A DNA stretch of 64,000 bases, taken from the NCBI GenBank assembly GCA_963790305.1, contig CAWBOC010000010.1, forward strand, positions 192,001 to 256,000. The letters are read 5' to 3'. Shown here piece after piece: positions 52,211 through 62,834 of the stretch (the first letter of the stretch is position 1; each line of letters opens with the position of its first letter). Made by a program: the position numbers and the translations under genes. Source of the DNA: an uncultured Gemmatimonadaceae bacterium (lineage in GTDB: Bacteria; Gemmatimonadota; Gemmatimonadetes; Gemmatimonadales; Gemmatimonadaceae). The notes below the pieces were generated by a model, which had not been told where the DNA came from, did not search any database, and saw nothing but the letters and a program-made list of their open reading frames with translations.

Positions 52211-53999
52211 ATGAGCGTGGGGCGAGCCGCTTTCGGGTGGCTGCAGAAGATCGGGAAGTCGCTCATGCTGCCGGTGTCGGTGCTGCCAGTGGCGGGCATT
52301 CTGCTCGGCGTCGGCAGTGCGAAGTTCGCGTGGCTGCCCGAGACGATGTCGAACGTCATGGCGCAGGCGGGCGGCGCCGTCTTCGGCAACCTGCCGCTGA
52401 TCTTCGCCATTGGCGTCGCGCTCGGCCTAACGGGTAACGATGGAGTGGCGGCGCTGGCGGCGGTGGTCGGCTTCGCGGTGATGGTGGCGACGATGGGTGT
52501 GATGGCGCCCCTCGTCGGCTACGAGCCGCGCCAGATCATGGGCATCCCGTCGATCGAGACGGGGGTGTTCGGCGGTATTCTCATCGGCGCGGTCGCGGCG
52601 ATCCTGTTCAACCGATTCTTCAAGGTACAATTACCACCGTATCTCGGATTCTTCTCCGGAAAGCGGTCGGTGCCGATTCTCACCGCGTTCGCGGCGGTGC
52701 TGGTGGGAATCGTCTTGAGCTTCATCTGGCCCCCGATCGGCCGGCAGATCGATGTGTTCTCGCACTGGGCGGCGACGAGCAGTCCGCAGATCGCGTTCGC
52801 GGTATACGGCGTCGTGGAGCGGTCGCTGATTCCATTCGGTCTGCACCACATCTGGAACGTCCCGTTCTTCTTCGAGGTCGGGCAGTACATCGAGCCGGGA
52901 ACGGGGAAGATCATCCGCGGCGAGATCTATCGATTCACGGCGGGTGACCCGACAGCGGGCAATCTCGCCGGCGGCTACCTGTTCAAGATGTGGGGACTGC
53001 CGGCGGCGGCGCTGGCGATCTGGCGAACGGCGCGCCCCGAGAATCGCAAGAAGGTCGGCGGTATCATGATATCCGCCGCCTTGACGTCTTTCCTCACGGG
53101 TATCACAGAGCCAATCGAGTTCGCGTTCCTGTTCGTTGCGCCGGTGCTGTACGGGATTCACGCGCTGTTGGCCGGCGCAGCCTACTACCTGTGCGTCGAG
53201 CTCGGCATTCGGCACAGCACGACGTTTTCGCACGGATTGATCGATTACATCGTGCTCTTCCCGAATTCGCAGCGTGGCTTGTGGTTCCTGTGGCTCGGTC
53301 CGCTGTGGGCGCTGATGTACTACGGCTTGTTCCGGACGATGATCGTGAAGATGAATCTCAAGACGCCCGGGAGAGAGTTGGAGGACGTCACGACGCCAGC
53401 GGTGGAGGGGCCTGCCGGCGCGGGTGGGGACGGGATGGCTCCGGGACTCGTGGCGGCGTTCGGTGGGGCGGGGAACATCAAGAATCTCGACGCGTGCATC
53501 ACGCGACTCCGCGTCGACTTGAACGACGTGTCGAAGGCGAGCCCGGCGGCGCTCAAGGCGTTAGGCGCATCCGGTGTCATGCAGGTAGGGAACGGTATGC
53601 AGGCGATCTTCGGCACGCGGTCGGAGAATCTCAAGACCGCAATGGAAGAGTACATGCGCGGCGCCGGTGCGACTGTCACTGCGCCGCCGGTCGTGGCGCC
53701 GGGGCCGCGCACAGTCTGTTGTCCGAGTCGAGCCTACCGCCGAGGATCGCGCGCGCGCGGCGACGATCGTCGAGGCGCTAGGGGGCTACGACAACATCGT
53801 GCAGGTCGAGCCGGTGGCGTTGACTCGGCTTCGAGTCGAGGTGAGAGACCCATCACGCGTCCGCAAGGCTGCGCTGGAGAACGCGACGGGCGGCGTGCTC
53901 TCGGCGTCGGACCGCGTGCTGCACGTCGTTGCTGGGCAAAGCGCCGAGCGGTATGCGGCGGCGATCGAAGCCGCTGGTGGTGTAGCCGCGGGGAGGTGA
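52211..53999 (+). CDS. ptsG: PTS glucose-family permease EIICB with a second degenerate EIIB (frameshift near 53715)
   Basis: [49 protein letters not shown]; the next frame gives [21 protein letters not shown]. Confidence 0.9.
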
Positions 54000-54032
54000 C
54001 CAGGAGGATTCGCTGGCCACCTCCCTCGGCGC

Positions 54033-54779
54033 TCAGGGCGTCGTCTTGCTCAGCCCCGTGACGGTGCCGTCGGTGTTGTGGGCGAACCGGACGCCGTAGA
54101 TACCATCCGTCGACTTCAGCTTCCCCGCCGTGACGAGCGCTGATTTGTCGTAGGTCGCGACCGTCTTCCCGTTGATCGCGCACTCGACCTTGTCGCCCTT
54201 GACCGACAGCGCGATCTGCTGCGTGACCGGCTGATTCTTGCCGGCCGCCTTGTTCACCGCCGCGTTCGCCTCACCGCGGCCGCCGTTCATCTGGAACGAC
54301 TCCGGCCCAAATCCTCTCACGATGAAATTGCCGTTGCCGTACGCCGAGCAGTACAGATACGACTGCTGGTCGGTGCCCATGTCGTTGCCACCGATGAACA
54401 AGCCGTATGGGTGGGGATGGTCGTTGACGTTCATGTACTGCGGCTCGTTGAACGTCGCGCTCACGGTGTAATTCCCGGTCGCGGTGTTGGCCGGATTCCA
54501 GTACACGACCGCGGGCCCCGTGGTCACGAGGAGCGTGTCGCCTCGCTGCTCCAGCTTCGCGTTCTCGAGCTTCTGTCCCGCGCTCGCTTCCTTCGGATCA
54601 ATGCGCCCGCTCCATCCCGAGGCGGCGATTCCACCAGCGGCGACTTCGCGAGTTCCCTCATCCATCGGGGCGGCGGTGGCTGTGGTGTCGCCAGCACTGC
54701 TTGTGTCCTCGCCGCGGGCGCATCCGAGTGCGACGAGCAGAGCAGCCGAGAGGGCGATGAGTCCACGTGAATGCGACAT
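54033..54779 (-). CDS. Hypothetical lipoprotein (concanavalin-like beta-sandwich/DUF1080-like)
   Basis: Lipobox ALGC; beta-rich; ..[17 protein letters not shown] pattern. Confidence 0.6.
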   Translation of the reverse strand: MSHSRGLIALSAALLVALGCARGEDTSSAGDTTATAAPMDEGTREVAAGGIAASGWSGRIDPKEASAGQKLENAKLEQRGDTLLVTTGPAVVYWNPANTATGNYTVSATFNEPQYMNVNDHPHPYGLFIGGNDMGTDQQSYLYCSAYGNGNFIVRGFGPESFQMNGGRGEANAAVNKAAGKNQPVTQQIALSVKGDKVECAINGKTVATYDKSALVTAGKLKSTDGIYGVRFAHNTDGTVTGLSKTTP

Positions 54780-54852
54780 CGGTCAGGCCTCGTTGTATGT
54801 GTGTCCCTTTATATGGAGGCGCTCCGTTCCGGTGCGCAAGCGGGGGAATGTC

Positions 54853-54933
54853 AGAGAGGCGCTAGAGGCGCTAGAGGCGCTAAAGGCGCTGAGCGATCCG
54901 CCTTTCAGCGCTTCTAGCGCTTCTAGCGCCTCC
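54853..54933. repeat. Inverted (AGAGGCGCT)n nonamer palindrome
   Basis: AGAGGCGCTAGAGGCGCTAGAGGCGCTAAAGGCGCTGA ... TCAGCGCTTCTAGCGCTTCTAGCGCCTC. Confidence 0.88.
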
Positions 54934-56388
54934 CTACTGCCCCCCCGTCGCCCGGGCCCCCTGAGCGATCATCTCGTCGAGGGCCGGGCGATCCAGCCAC
55001 CGGCCGCCAATCGCTACCCCTCGAATACGGGCGGTATTGGTGATGTCACTCAAAGGATTCCCGACCACGAGCACGAAGTCGGCTCTTTTGCCAGCCTCGA
55101 TGGTGCCCCATGCTGAGCTCGCGCCGAGGTATTCCGCGGGATTCCGTGTGGCCGTGACCAACGCCTCGTAGGGCGAGAGCCCCGCCTGCACCAGCGCGAC
55201 GAGCTCGCGATGCAGCCCGTAGCCGTACAAGTGAAACCACTCAGGCGTATCGGAGCCCGCGAGCAGCTTTCCACCAGAATCCTGAAGCGCCTTCACGACG
55301 TGGTTGCGAACGGCGACATACCTGGCCCGGCGCGGTGGCGTCTTGAGGCTGTCGTTGGCGGCGGCCCAGTACCGCGCGTGCGCGCGCAGATAGCCTTCGC
55401 GAAGCTGCGGCGGCCAGTGCTTGAAATCCTGGCGCGCTCTGATCGTATCGAGCGATTCACCAGTGCCGAACGCGGTGTTGAACACGTTCTGCGTTGGACC
55501 GACGTAGACGCCCGACCGCGCCACCACGCCCGCGAGCCGGTCGATCTTCCGCGAGTCGATGTAGTCGAGGCTCGGCCAGTTCCGCATGTTGAAGATGCGC
55601 CCTTGCGTGAGCGATGTCTTCATTGGCGCCGAGTCGGCGAGCGCGGCTTCCAGGAAGGAGTCCAGGTGCTCGAGCTGCTGCCGTGCCGCGGCGGCGCGCT
55701 CGACGCCGACATCGGGCTCGACGTGGCCCACCACCGCAATGTCCTGTTGCGCCGCTTCGCTGATAATGGACTCCCACACCGGGGGCGTAAGAAACAGCGT
55801 GAGCTTCACGAAGTCGTAGCCATCCCTTTTCGCGCGCCTAACGGCCTCGCGTGCTTCAGCATCCGTCGTCGTCACAATGGCATTCTCGGAGGCGCGACCG
55901 GTGAGTTGGGGACTCGCGACCCACAGCTGCGGGCCGATGACCGTCCCGGCACGGACCGCGTCGCGCAGCGCGAGCTGCTCCGGAGTTCCAATCATCAACC
56001 GCACGGCCGTCACGCCGTTTGCGACCATCACCCCCAGCTCGGCCGGCCCGGCCGAATCGGGGACCTCGTCGCCGTCGGAAAACAGGTGCGTGTGCATGTC
56101 GGCGAGGCCCGGCATCAGGTAACCGCCACCGCCGTCGACGACTCTGGCGCCCGGCGGAACTCGCAGGTCTCTTTGAGGACCGACGTACGTGATGCGACCG
56201 TCGCGGGCGAGCACCGCGGCGTCTCTCACCACCGCGTCGCCCGTCATCGGCACGACTGATACGTTCGTGATGGCGAGGTCGCCCGACGCCAACGCGCCGC
56301 GCGCGGCCAGCTGCTGCGCGGGAACGGCAGCGGTTTGCGGCTGGCACGAGACGAGGCCGGTGAATAGGGCGAGGAGAGGGAGACGCAT
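54934..56388 (-). CDS. Amidohydrolase family lipoprotein
   Basis: MPGLADMHTH, GYDFVK, LEH, AGSDTP, GTIEAGKRADFVLV.GNPL. Confidence 0.9.
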   Translation of the reverse strand: MRLPLLALFTGLVSCQPQTAAVPAQQLAARGALASGDLAITNVSVVPMTGDAVVRDAAVLARDGRITYVGPQRDLRVPPGARVVDGGGGYLMPGLADMHTHLFSDGDEVPDSAGPAELGVMVANGVTAVRLMIGTPEQLALRDAVRAGTVIGPQLWVASPQLTGRASENAIVTTTDAEAREAVRRAKRDGYDFVKLTLFLTPPVWESIISEAAQQDIAVVGHVEPDVGVERAAAARQQLEHLDSFLEAALADSAPMKTSLTQGRIFNMRNWPSLDYIDSRKIDRLAGVVARSGVYVGPTQNVFNTAFGTGESLDTIRARQDFKHWPPQLREGYLRAHARYWAAANDSLKTPPRRARYVAVRNHVVKALQDSGGKLLAGSDTPEWFHLYGYGLHRELVALVQAGLSPYEALVTATRNPAEYLGASSAWGTIEAGKRADFVLVVGNPLSDITNTARIRGVAIGGRWLDRPALDEMIAQGARATGGQ

Positions 56389-56492
56389 GGCTGAGCTTGT
56401 CTTGAGGGGGACGCCGCGTTCGCTCGGCAACGTTGACCGATGAGGACGCGCCTGTCACTCCCCGGGCCCGAAAGCTTTCACTTCAATGACAA

Positions 56493-57044
56493 GTGACCGT
56501 GACTCAGCTCGTCCCCGTCGACTCGGTTTCCGACATTCTCGGTGCCTACAGAAACACGCCGGTCGAATGGCTGCTACGCTACCACAATCTTTCCGAGCCC
56601 CTTCCGCCGACGAGCGGTCGTGCCACGCTGCTGGTCGGAATGTGCATGGACGATCGCAAGGACCTGGTGATTCCGAACGAGTTCGCGTTCGTGCTTCGCG
56701 CGGCGGGAGGCAACTTTCGCGATCACGCCTTCGACATCTCGTACGCCGTCGCGATTGGAGGGGTGACGGCGATCGCCCTTCTGGGACACACGAACTGCGG
56801 GATGGTCGGTGTGAGCAGGAAGCGCTCAGCGTTCATCAGGGGGCTCGTCGCGCGGGGCGGATGGGACGAGCAGCGTGCCGCCGAGCATTTCGATGAGTCG
56901 GTGGCCGTGTACGAGATCGAGGATGCCCTGACCTTCGTGCTCGAGGAGACCCATCGGCTCAGCGCTGTCTATCCGGCCGTGCTCGTGGCTCCTCTGATGT
57001 ACCGCGTCGAGGACGATCGTCTCCTGCAGATCGTGAAGGGATGA
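56493..57044 (+). CDS. Beta-class carbonic anhydrase
   Basis: Zn ligands CMDDR and HTNCGM; RAAGG. Confidence 0.88.
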   Translation: MTVTQLVPVDSVSDILGAYRNTPVEWLLRYHNLSEPLPPTSGRATLLVGMCMDDRKDLVIPNEFAFVLRAAGGNFRDHAFDISYAVAIGGVTAIALLGHTNCGMVGVSRKRSAFIRGLVARGGWDEQRAAEHFDESVAVYEIEDALTFVLEETHRLSAVYPAVLVAPLMYRVEDDRLLQIVKG

Positions 57045-57050
57045 CCATGC

Positions 57051-57920
57051 CTAACGGCTGGGGCTGGTGAAGCTGAGCGGCAGCACGATTCGCGCATCGG
57101 AGCCGCCCAGTCGCCAGCCACGCGCCACTCGCACCAGGCAGGCCTCGGCCTCGGCGGCGCCCGCACCTGACCACGTGCGCTCGACAATGTGGGCCGACGT
57201 CACGCGTCCGCCCTCGACGGTGAGTCCCAGCCTGACGAGACCGGCCAGCGCCGAATTTCTCGCCAGCCCCTCCTGGTGATAGCAACGCTCGAGCTGCGGC
57301 ACATGGGCACGCGCGGCCTGGCCCACTTCGCTGGTGATTCCCGCCGCTGGCGCGCCGGCGACTGCCCGCACCTCGGGTGGCGCGATGACCACTGCGTTCC
57401 GGGCCACACCGGCACCCACGACGGTGCCGAGGCCCGCGCCGCTCGGGGACAGTCCGCCACCGCGGACCCTGCCAGGCGTCTGCGATCCGATCCCGGTGGC
57501 CAGACCAACCTTGCCGCCCGTGGGCTCACCCGCCGCTGACCCAGTCGGCGCGACATCCACGCCCCGAAGCAAACTGCCGGCGTCCACGAGCCCTGCACTC
57601 CCGGAGAATGCGTCGCGCATACTCCCGGCGCCCGGTGATCCAACAGGCGCTGATGCCCGAACGCCTCGACCGCCGTCGCTCGCTCGACTCCGGATGGGTG
57701 GTTGCGCCAACGGAGCGGTCAGCGGGTTCCAGGTGATGACGGGCGGCCCATGGTCAACCAGCGGGGGGAGGAGTGGCCGGGGCATCGAGTGCACGAGCAG
57801 CAGCCACGCCGTCGCGAGTAGCGAGGCGACGAGATACGAAACGAACAGCGGTCGATCTTCCTCGGACGCGAGCTCGAACCGCAACGTCGTATCGAAGCTG
57901 GAGCGCTCGGGACGGGACAT
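57051..57920 (-). CDS. Membrane-anchored TonB-like/AgmX-PglI C-terminal domain protein
   Basis: N-terminal TM helix, Gly/Pro-rich linker, C-terminal LERCY..L.RN..L.G.V.L...CL....GW. Confidence 0.7.
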   Translation of the reverse strand: MSRPERSSFDTTLRFELASEEDRPLFVSYLVASLLATAWLLLVHSMPRPLLPPLVDHGPPVITWNPLTAPLAQPPIRSRASDGGRGVRASAPVGSPGAGSMRDAFSGSAGLVDAGSLLRGVDVAPTGSAAGEPTGGKVGLATGIGSQTPGRVRGGGLSPSGAGLGTVVGAGVARNAVVIAPPEVRAVAGAPAAGITSEVGQAARAHVPQLERCYHQEGLARNSALAGLVRLGLTVEGGRVTSAHIVERTWSGAGAAEAEACLVRVARGWRLGGSDARIVLPLSFTSPSR

Positions 57921-58034
57921 GGGCCACCTCACGAGATAGTTTCTTACGTAAGACGTCTACCGGCCAAGCTGTTGCACACGTCCCCCCGCATACCCCGGTG
58001 TCAGCGCCAAGATTCGCGTCGTCCATCCCAAACC

Positions 58035-58958
58035 ATGCGTTTCGCGACCCTGCTTCTGTCTTTCGCCGTCGCTACGGCGGCTGGCGCCCAATCCGTCGAG
58101 AACCAGATCCGAACTGAGGTCGACCGCTATGTAGCGGCGATCAACAGCGGAAACGCCGGCGGTGTGGCCGCCCTGTACGTCAACGAGCCGACGACTTCGA
58201 GTGTCGGCGACGGACAGATCAATCGGGGGTGGCAGCGCATCGCCGACTTTCTCGCCCAGGTCTACCAGCAGGCGGGCACGGTCCGGATGACGAGCGACTC
58301 TCTGCTCGTAACGCCGCTGGGTCGCGAGGCCGCGATCGCCGTCCTCCGGTATACGTGGACGTCGCGCCGAGCAGGCACGGAGCCCGTGACTGGCGCCATG
58401 ACGCTCGCGTACGTGAGAACACCGCACGGCTGGCGCGTCGCGCACGCTCACACGAGCGCGCTCCAGACTGCCGGCGTCGCGTTAGGGGCGCTTGCGGCGG
58501 CCAGAGACTCCGGTCCGGCGGGACCGCGTCGTCAGACGGTGTCCTGCACCGTCACCCGAATCACCAATGGAGATGGCATCGTCTGCAGCCGGATCGGGAG
58601 GGTCCGTCTCATCGGCATCGATACGCCGGAGATGAACCAGCGGCCGTTCGGAAAACAGGCCGCCGATGCGCTTGGTGCGATGATCCGCGTCGGCAGCGTC
58701 GTGCGCCTGGAGCCTGATGTCGAGGAACGAGACCCGTATCGTCGCGCCCTCGCGTATGTGTGGGTTGACCGAACAATGGTGAACTGGCGTATGGTTCGGG
58801 AAGGCTGGGCCGTCCTGTTGACCTACCCGCCTAACGTTCAGTACGTGGACGCGTTCGCCGACGCCGAGCGTCTCGCGCGCGAGGAGAAACGAGGGTTGTG
58901 GGCGACGGGCGGGTTTGATTGCACTCCAGCCGAGCATCGCCGCCAGCAGTGTGAGTGA
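58035..58958 (+). CDS. Secreted NTF2/SnoaL-like (DUF4440) domain fused to thermonuclease (SNase)
   Basis: Signal peptide; NTF2 ending GWRVAHAHTS; SNase VRLIGIDTPE, RDPYRRALAYV, VN..MVREGWA, AR..KRGLW. Confidence 0.82.
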   Translation: MRFATLLLSFAVATAAGAQSVENQIRTEVDRYVAAINSGNAGGVAALYVNEPTTSSVGDGQINRGWQRIADFLAQVYQQAGTVRMTSDSLLVTPLGREAAIAVLRYTWTSRRAGTEPVTGAMTLAYVRTPHGWRVAHAHTSALQTAGVALGALAAARDSGPAGPRRQTVSCTVTRITNGDGIVCSRIGRVRLIGIDTPEMNQRPFGKQAADALGAMIRVGSVVRLEPDVEERDPYRRALAYVWVDRTMVNWRMVREGWAVLLTYPPNVQYVDAFADAERLAREEKRGLWATGGFDCTPAEHRRQQCE

Positions 58959-59032
58959 ATCCTCCTCTTGCGCGCAGGCGTACGTCGAGGAAGTCTTTCC
59001 CTGTCACAGTCCTCGTCCTCATCCTCAGAACA

Positions 59033-60448
59033 ATGCGCGCATTTCGCCAAATCCTGGTCGTGCTGGGCCTGGCGGTCTCTTTCGCTGGCGCCCTTTCACA
59101 TGCTGACGCGCAGCAGCGCCCCTCGCGTGCCGCGCTGCAGCGAACCGTCGATTCTCTCGCCGCCAACGCGCTCCGCGAAGGGCCGGTGGGAGGGATATCG
59201 ATCGCCGTCGTTCGTGGGAGAGACACCGTCGTCATGAAGGGCTACGGCCTCGCCGACGTCGAGAACGACGTCCCGGCGACGGCCCAGACGGTCTATCGCA
59301 TTGGGTCGATCACCAAGCAGTTCACCGCGGCCGCGGTGCTGCAGCTCGCGGAGCAGGGAAAGGTATGGGTCGACGACACGATCGGCGGACGCGTGCCCAA
59401 CCTGCCCGCTTCGTGGCGGAAGGCGACGATTCGTCAGCTCCTGAACCATACGTCCGGCATTCCGAGCTACACGAGCGCCGGGCCACGCTGGCAGACCCGG
59501 ATGCGCATTGATCTGCCGCACGATTCGCTCATCGGCATCGTCGCCAACGACTCAATGGATTTCCCGCTCGGCACACAATGGCGCTACAACAACACCGGCT
59601 ACTACCTGCTCGGCATGATGATCGAGCGCCTCACCGATCGCTCGTACGCCGAGGTCGTGCGTGACCAGCTGGTCAAGCCGTTAGGCCTGCAGGCGACGAT
59701 GTACTGCAGCACGCGGCCGGTCATCAAGCGACGGGCGCAGGGCTATCAGGTCGATCAGGATGAGAAGCTCGTCAACGCCGACCCCCTGAGCATGAATCAG
59801 CCCTTCGCGGCCGGCTCGCTGTGCTCGACCGTGGGCGATCTCATCGCGTGGCAGCGCGCGCTTGCGGCGGGCCGGGTCGTCAAGCCGGAATCGTATACGG
59901 CGATGATCACCCCGCAGGGAGCGGCGGCCGGCCGGGGCTACGGGTACGGGCTGTCGAAAGACACGCTCGCCGGCCGCACGCGCATTCAGCACGGCGGGGG
60001 GATCAACGGGTTCAACTCGATGCTGCAGTACTTTCCCGCTGACACACTCTCGATCGCCGTTCTCGTCAACACCAACGGGCCGTGGGCTGACCGCATCGCG
60101 AACAACATCGCTCGTGCCGCACTCGGGGTGCCGCTCGTGGCATCCCCGGCGCGGCTCGCCGACCTTCCCACGACCGCGGAAGAACGCGCGCGGTTCGCTG
60201 GGACCTATCGGCTCCTGTTGCCCAACGGAAGCACCCTCAACCTTCGTGTCTTCGAGCGTGATGGAAGGCTGTTCGCACAGGGGGACGGTCCAGGCCAAGG
60301 CGAAATTTCGCTGCGATATCAGGGGAACAGCACGTTCGGCGCGTCGTTCGACCCCTCGATGCGGTTGACGTTCGCGGCGGGCTCGCCCACTCCCAAGGTC
60401 ACGCTGCTCCAGGGCGGCGCGACGATCGACGGCCCTCGGGTTCCCTAG
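59033..60448 (+). CDS. Serine hydrolase, beta-lactamase class C/AmpH-like
   Basis: SxxK (GSITK), LLNHTSG, YNNTGY, HGGGING. Confidence 0.92.
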   Translation: MRAFRQILVVLGLAVSFAGALSHADAQQRPSRAALQRTVDSLAANALREGPVGGISIAVVRGRDTVVMKGYGLADVENDVPATAQTVYRIGSITKQFTAAAVLQLAEQGKVWVDDTIGGRVPNLPASWRKATIRQLLNHTSGIPSYTSAGPRWQTRMRIDLPHDSLIGIVANDSMDFPLGTQWRYNNTGYYLLGMMIERLTDRSYAEVVRDQLVKPLGLQATMYCSTRPVIKRRAQGYQVDQDEKLVNADPLSMNQPFAAGSLCSTVGDLIAWQRALAAGRVVKPESYTAMITPQGAAAGRGYGYGLSKDTLAGRTRIQHGGGINGFNSMLQYFPADTLSIAVLVNTNGPWADRIANNIARAALGVPLVASPARLADLPTTAEERARFAGTYRLLLPNGSTLNLRVFERDGRLFAQGDGPGQGEISLRYQGNSTFGASFDPSMRLTFAAGSPTPKVTLLQGGATIDGPRVP

Positions 60449-60459
60449 GCAGCGACGCC

Positions 60460-60858
60460 ATGCCTAACCACTGGCTGCTCAAGACCGAGCCCTCGACGTA
60501 CAGCTGGGATGACCTGGTGCGCGAAAAGACGGCGGTGTGGGATGGTGTCAGCAATCCGGTCGCCTTGAAGAATCTCGCCGCGATGAGGCCGGGCGATGAC
60601 GCGGTGATCTATCACACGGGGGACGAGAAGGCCGTCGTCGGGCTCGCGCGTGTGACGAAAGCGGCGTACCCGGATCCCAAGGCGAAGGACCCGAAGCTGC
60701 TGGTCGTGGAGCTGGCCCCGGTGAAGCCGTTGTCGCGCCGGGTCACCCTCGCCGAGATCAAGGCCGACCAGCAGTTCAAGGAGTCAGCGCTCGTAAGGCA
60801 GGGACGGCTGTCGGTCGTGCCACTCTCCGAGGCCCAGTTCGCACGGTTCATGACCTGA
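60460..60858 (+). CDS. EVE domain protein
   Basis: WLLKTEP..YSW, WDGV.N..A, M..GD..IYHTG, LVRQGRLSVVP. Confidence 0.92.
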   Translation: MPNHWLLKTEPSTYSWDDLVREKTAVWDGVSNPVALKNLAAMRPGDDAVIYHTGDEKAVVGLARVTKAAYPDPKAKDPKLLVVELAPVKPLSRRVTLAEIKADQQFKESALVRQGRLSVVPLSEAQFARFMT

Positions 60859-60870
60859 TCCGGGAGCTGT

Positions 60871-62830
60871 ATGCGCGCGCACCTGACATTACTCGTGGCG
60901 GTCCTCCTCGTGTCCACCGGCCGCCACCCCGGACCCGGTGTGGCGGAGCCGGCTCTTCCTAACGACAATCGGGCGCCCGCGGGCCGGATGGCGAAAGGCG
61001 TGCTGCAGATTCGCCTCGAGGCGCGCGAAGCACGATGGCATCCGGAAACCGAGCGAGGCGTCGGCGTACCCGTGTTTGCCTTCGCGGAAGCGGGGAAACG
61101 CGCGCGAATTCCCGGTCCGATGATTCGCGTGCAGCGCGGAACGATCGTCGAGGCGACGATCCGGAATCTGCTACCGAAGGCGGTGGCGGTGGGCGGCCTG
61201 CGAGCGCGCGGAGACGCTGGGTCGGACTCGATCGTCGTCGCACCTGGCGCGGAGGTCACGCTCCGGTTTCCCGCCGATCTCGAGGGAACCTACTTCTACT
61301 GGGGACGAACCGAGGGATTCCCGCCGCTGCCCGGGCCCGGTACGGGGCGCGACGCGACCCTGAGCGGGGCCTTCATCATCGATTCGCCGAATGCCCGCCC
61401 GATCAAGAACGAGCGCGTCCTTGTGCTGAGCTCGTTCTCCGACTCGGTGCCTGAGCTCGGGATCAAGCCGGAGGCTGCCGATGTCGTACTGCGTCGGGAA
61501 GAGCATCCCCCGCGATCGCTGGTTCATCACCTCCGTCAACGGTCTGTCGTGGCCGCACACGGAGCGACTGACCTACACGGTCGGCGATACGGTGCGCTTT
61601 CGCCTGATCAACACCGGCCGCTTTCCGCACCCAATGCACCTGCACGGATTCTACTTCAGGGTGAACGCGAGAGGAGACGCGCGCCGCGATACAATGTACG
61701 AGCCGTCGATGGAGCGGGAGGTCGTCACGGAATGGCTTCCCGTCGGGACGACGATGAGCCTCTCCTGGATTCCCTCGCGCGCCGGGAACTGGATGTTCCA
61801 CTGTCACCTGGTGACGCACATCAGCGACGTACTTCGCCTGTCGGAGGGGACCCGGGCGTCAGGCGCTCGCGCACCCCACGCCGATCACGCCGAGCGTGGC
61901 ATGGCCGGCCTGGTGACCGGGATCTACGTGAAGCCGAACGGTCGAACGGCATCGGCCGCTGAGCCACCCCGTCGGCGGATGCGAGTCCACGTGACGGAGA
62001 AGGCGAACGTCTACGGCGACCGGCCGGGACGCAGCTACGTGCTCCAGGAAGGAAGTCGCCCGCCCGCTGCTGACTCAATCGCATTCCCGAGCTCCACCCT
62101 TGTGCTCCATCAGAACGAGCCGACGGAGATCACGGTGATCAACTCGGGGAGAAGCCCCACGACGATCCACTGGCATGGGATCGAGATCGAGAGCGTCTAC
62201 GATGGCATTGGTGGTTGGAGCGGATGGGGCGAGCGCGTGGCACCGGTCCTGGCACCCGGCGATTCGTTCGTCGCTCGCCTCACGCCTCCGCGCGCGGGGA
62301 CGTTCATCTATCACACCCACGTCGAAGAGGCCGAACAGATGGCTGCCGGCCTATTCGGGGCGCTGATCGTAGTGCCGCATAACGCGCATCCCGACACCAC
62401 CGATCGCCTCGTGCTCATCGGCATGGCCGGGCCGCACGACGATGCTCCGCCGTCTGTCAACGGTTCCGCGACGCCGCCACCGATCGAGCTCCGCGCCGGA
62501 GTGAAGTACCGGTTCCGGTTCATCAACATCTCGCCAATGGAAACACGCACGGCGCAGCTGCTTCGGTCGGATACCGCGCAGAGCTGGCGCGCGCTCGCGA
62601 AGGATGGATTCGAGTTGCCGGCGGCGCAGGCGGTCGCGAAGTCGGCGATAGCCCCGCTCCATGCTGGCGAAACGTTCGACTTCGAGGTCGTTCGTGCGGG
62701 GGCCGAGTCACTCACCCTTCGGCTCCTCGGTCCGCAATCCATCGCTGCACGCCGGGCATTTTTCGCGCGCGCCAAACCCGGCGAGCGCATGGCCCCGCTC
62801 GTTCTCGACATTCCGGTGATCGTTCGGTAA
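60871..62830 (+). CDS. Multicopper oxidase-like protein with permuted motif order (frameshift near 61490)
   Basis: HPMHLHG, WMFHCHLVTH, TTIHWHG and FIYHTH, in that order. Confidence 0.85.
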
Positions 62831-62834
62831 TTTG

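Noticed and set aside
53700..53730. Programmed frameshift in ptsG (or in susC at about 31495)
   Set aside because: No slippery heptamer or homopolymer tract; indels are frequent throughout this assembly.
34572..54933. Short tandem repeats read as CRISPR arrays
   Set aside because: Units are 7-10 nt, contiguous and inverted, with no spacers and no cas genes.
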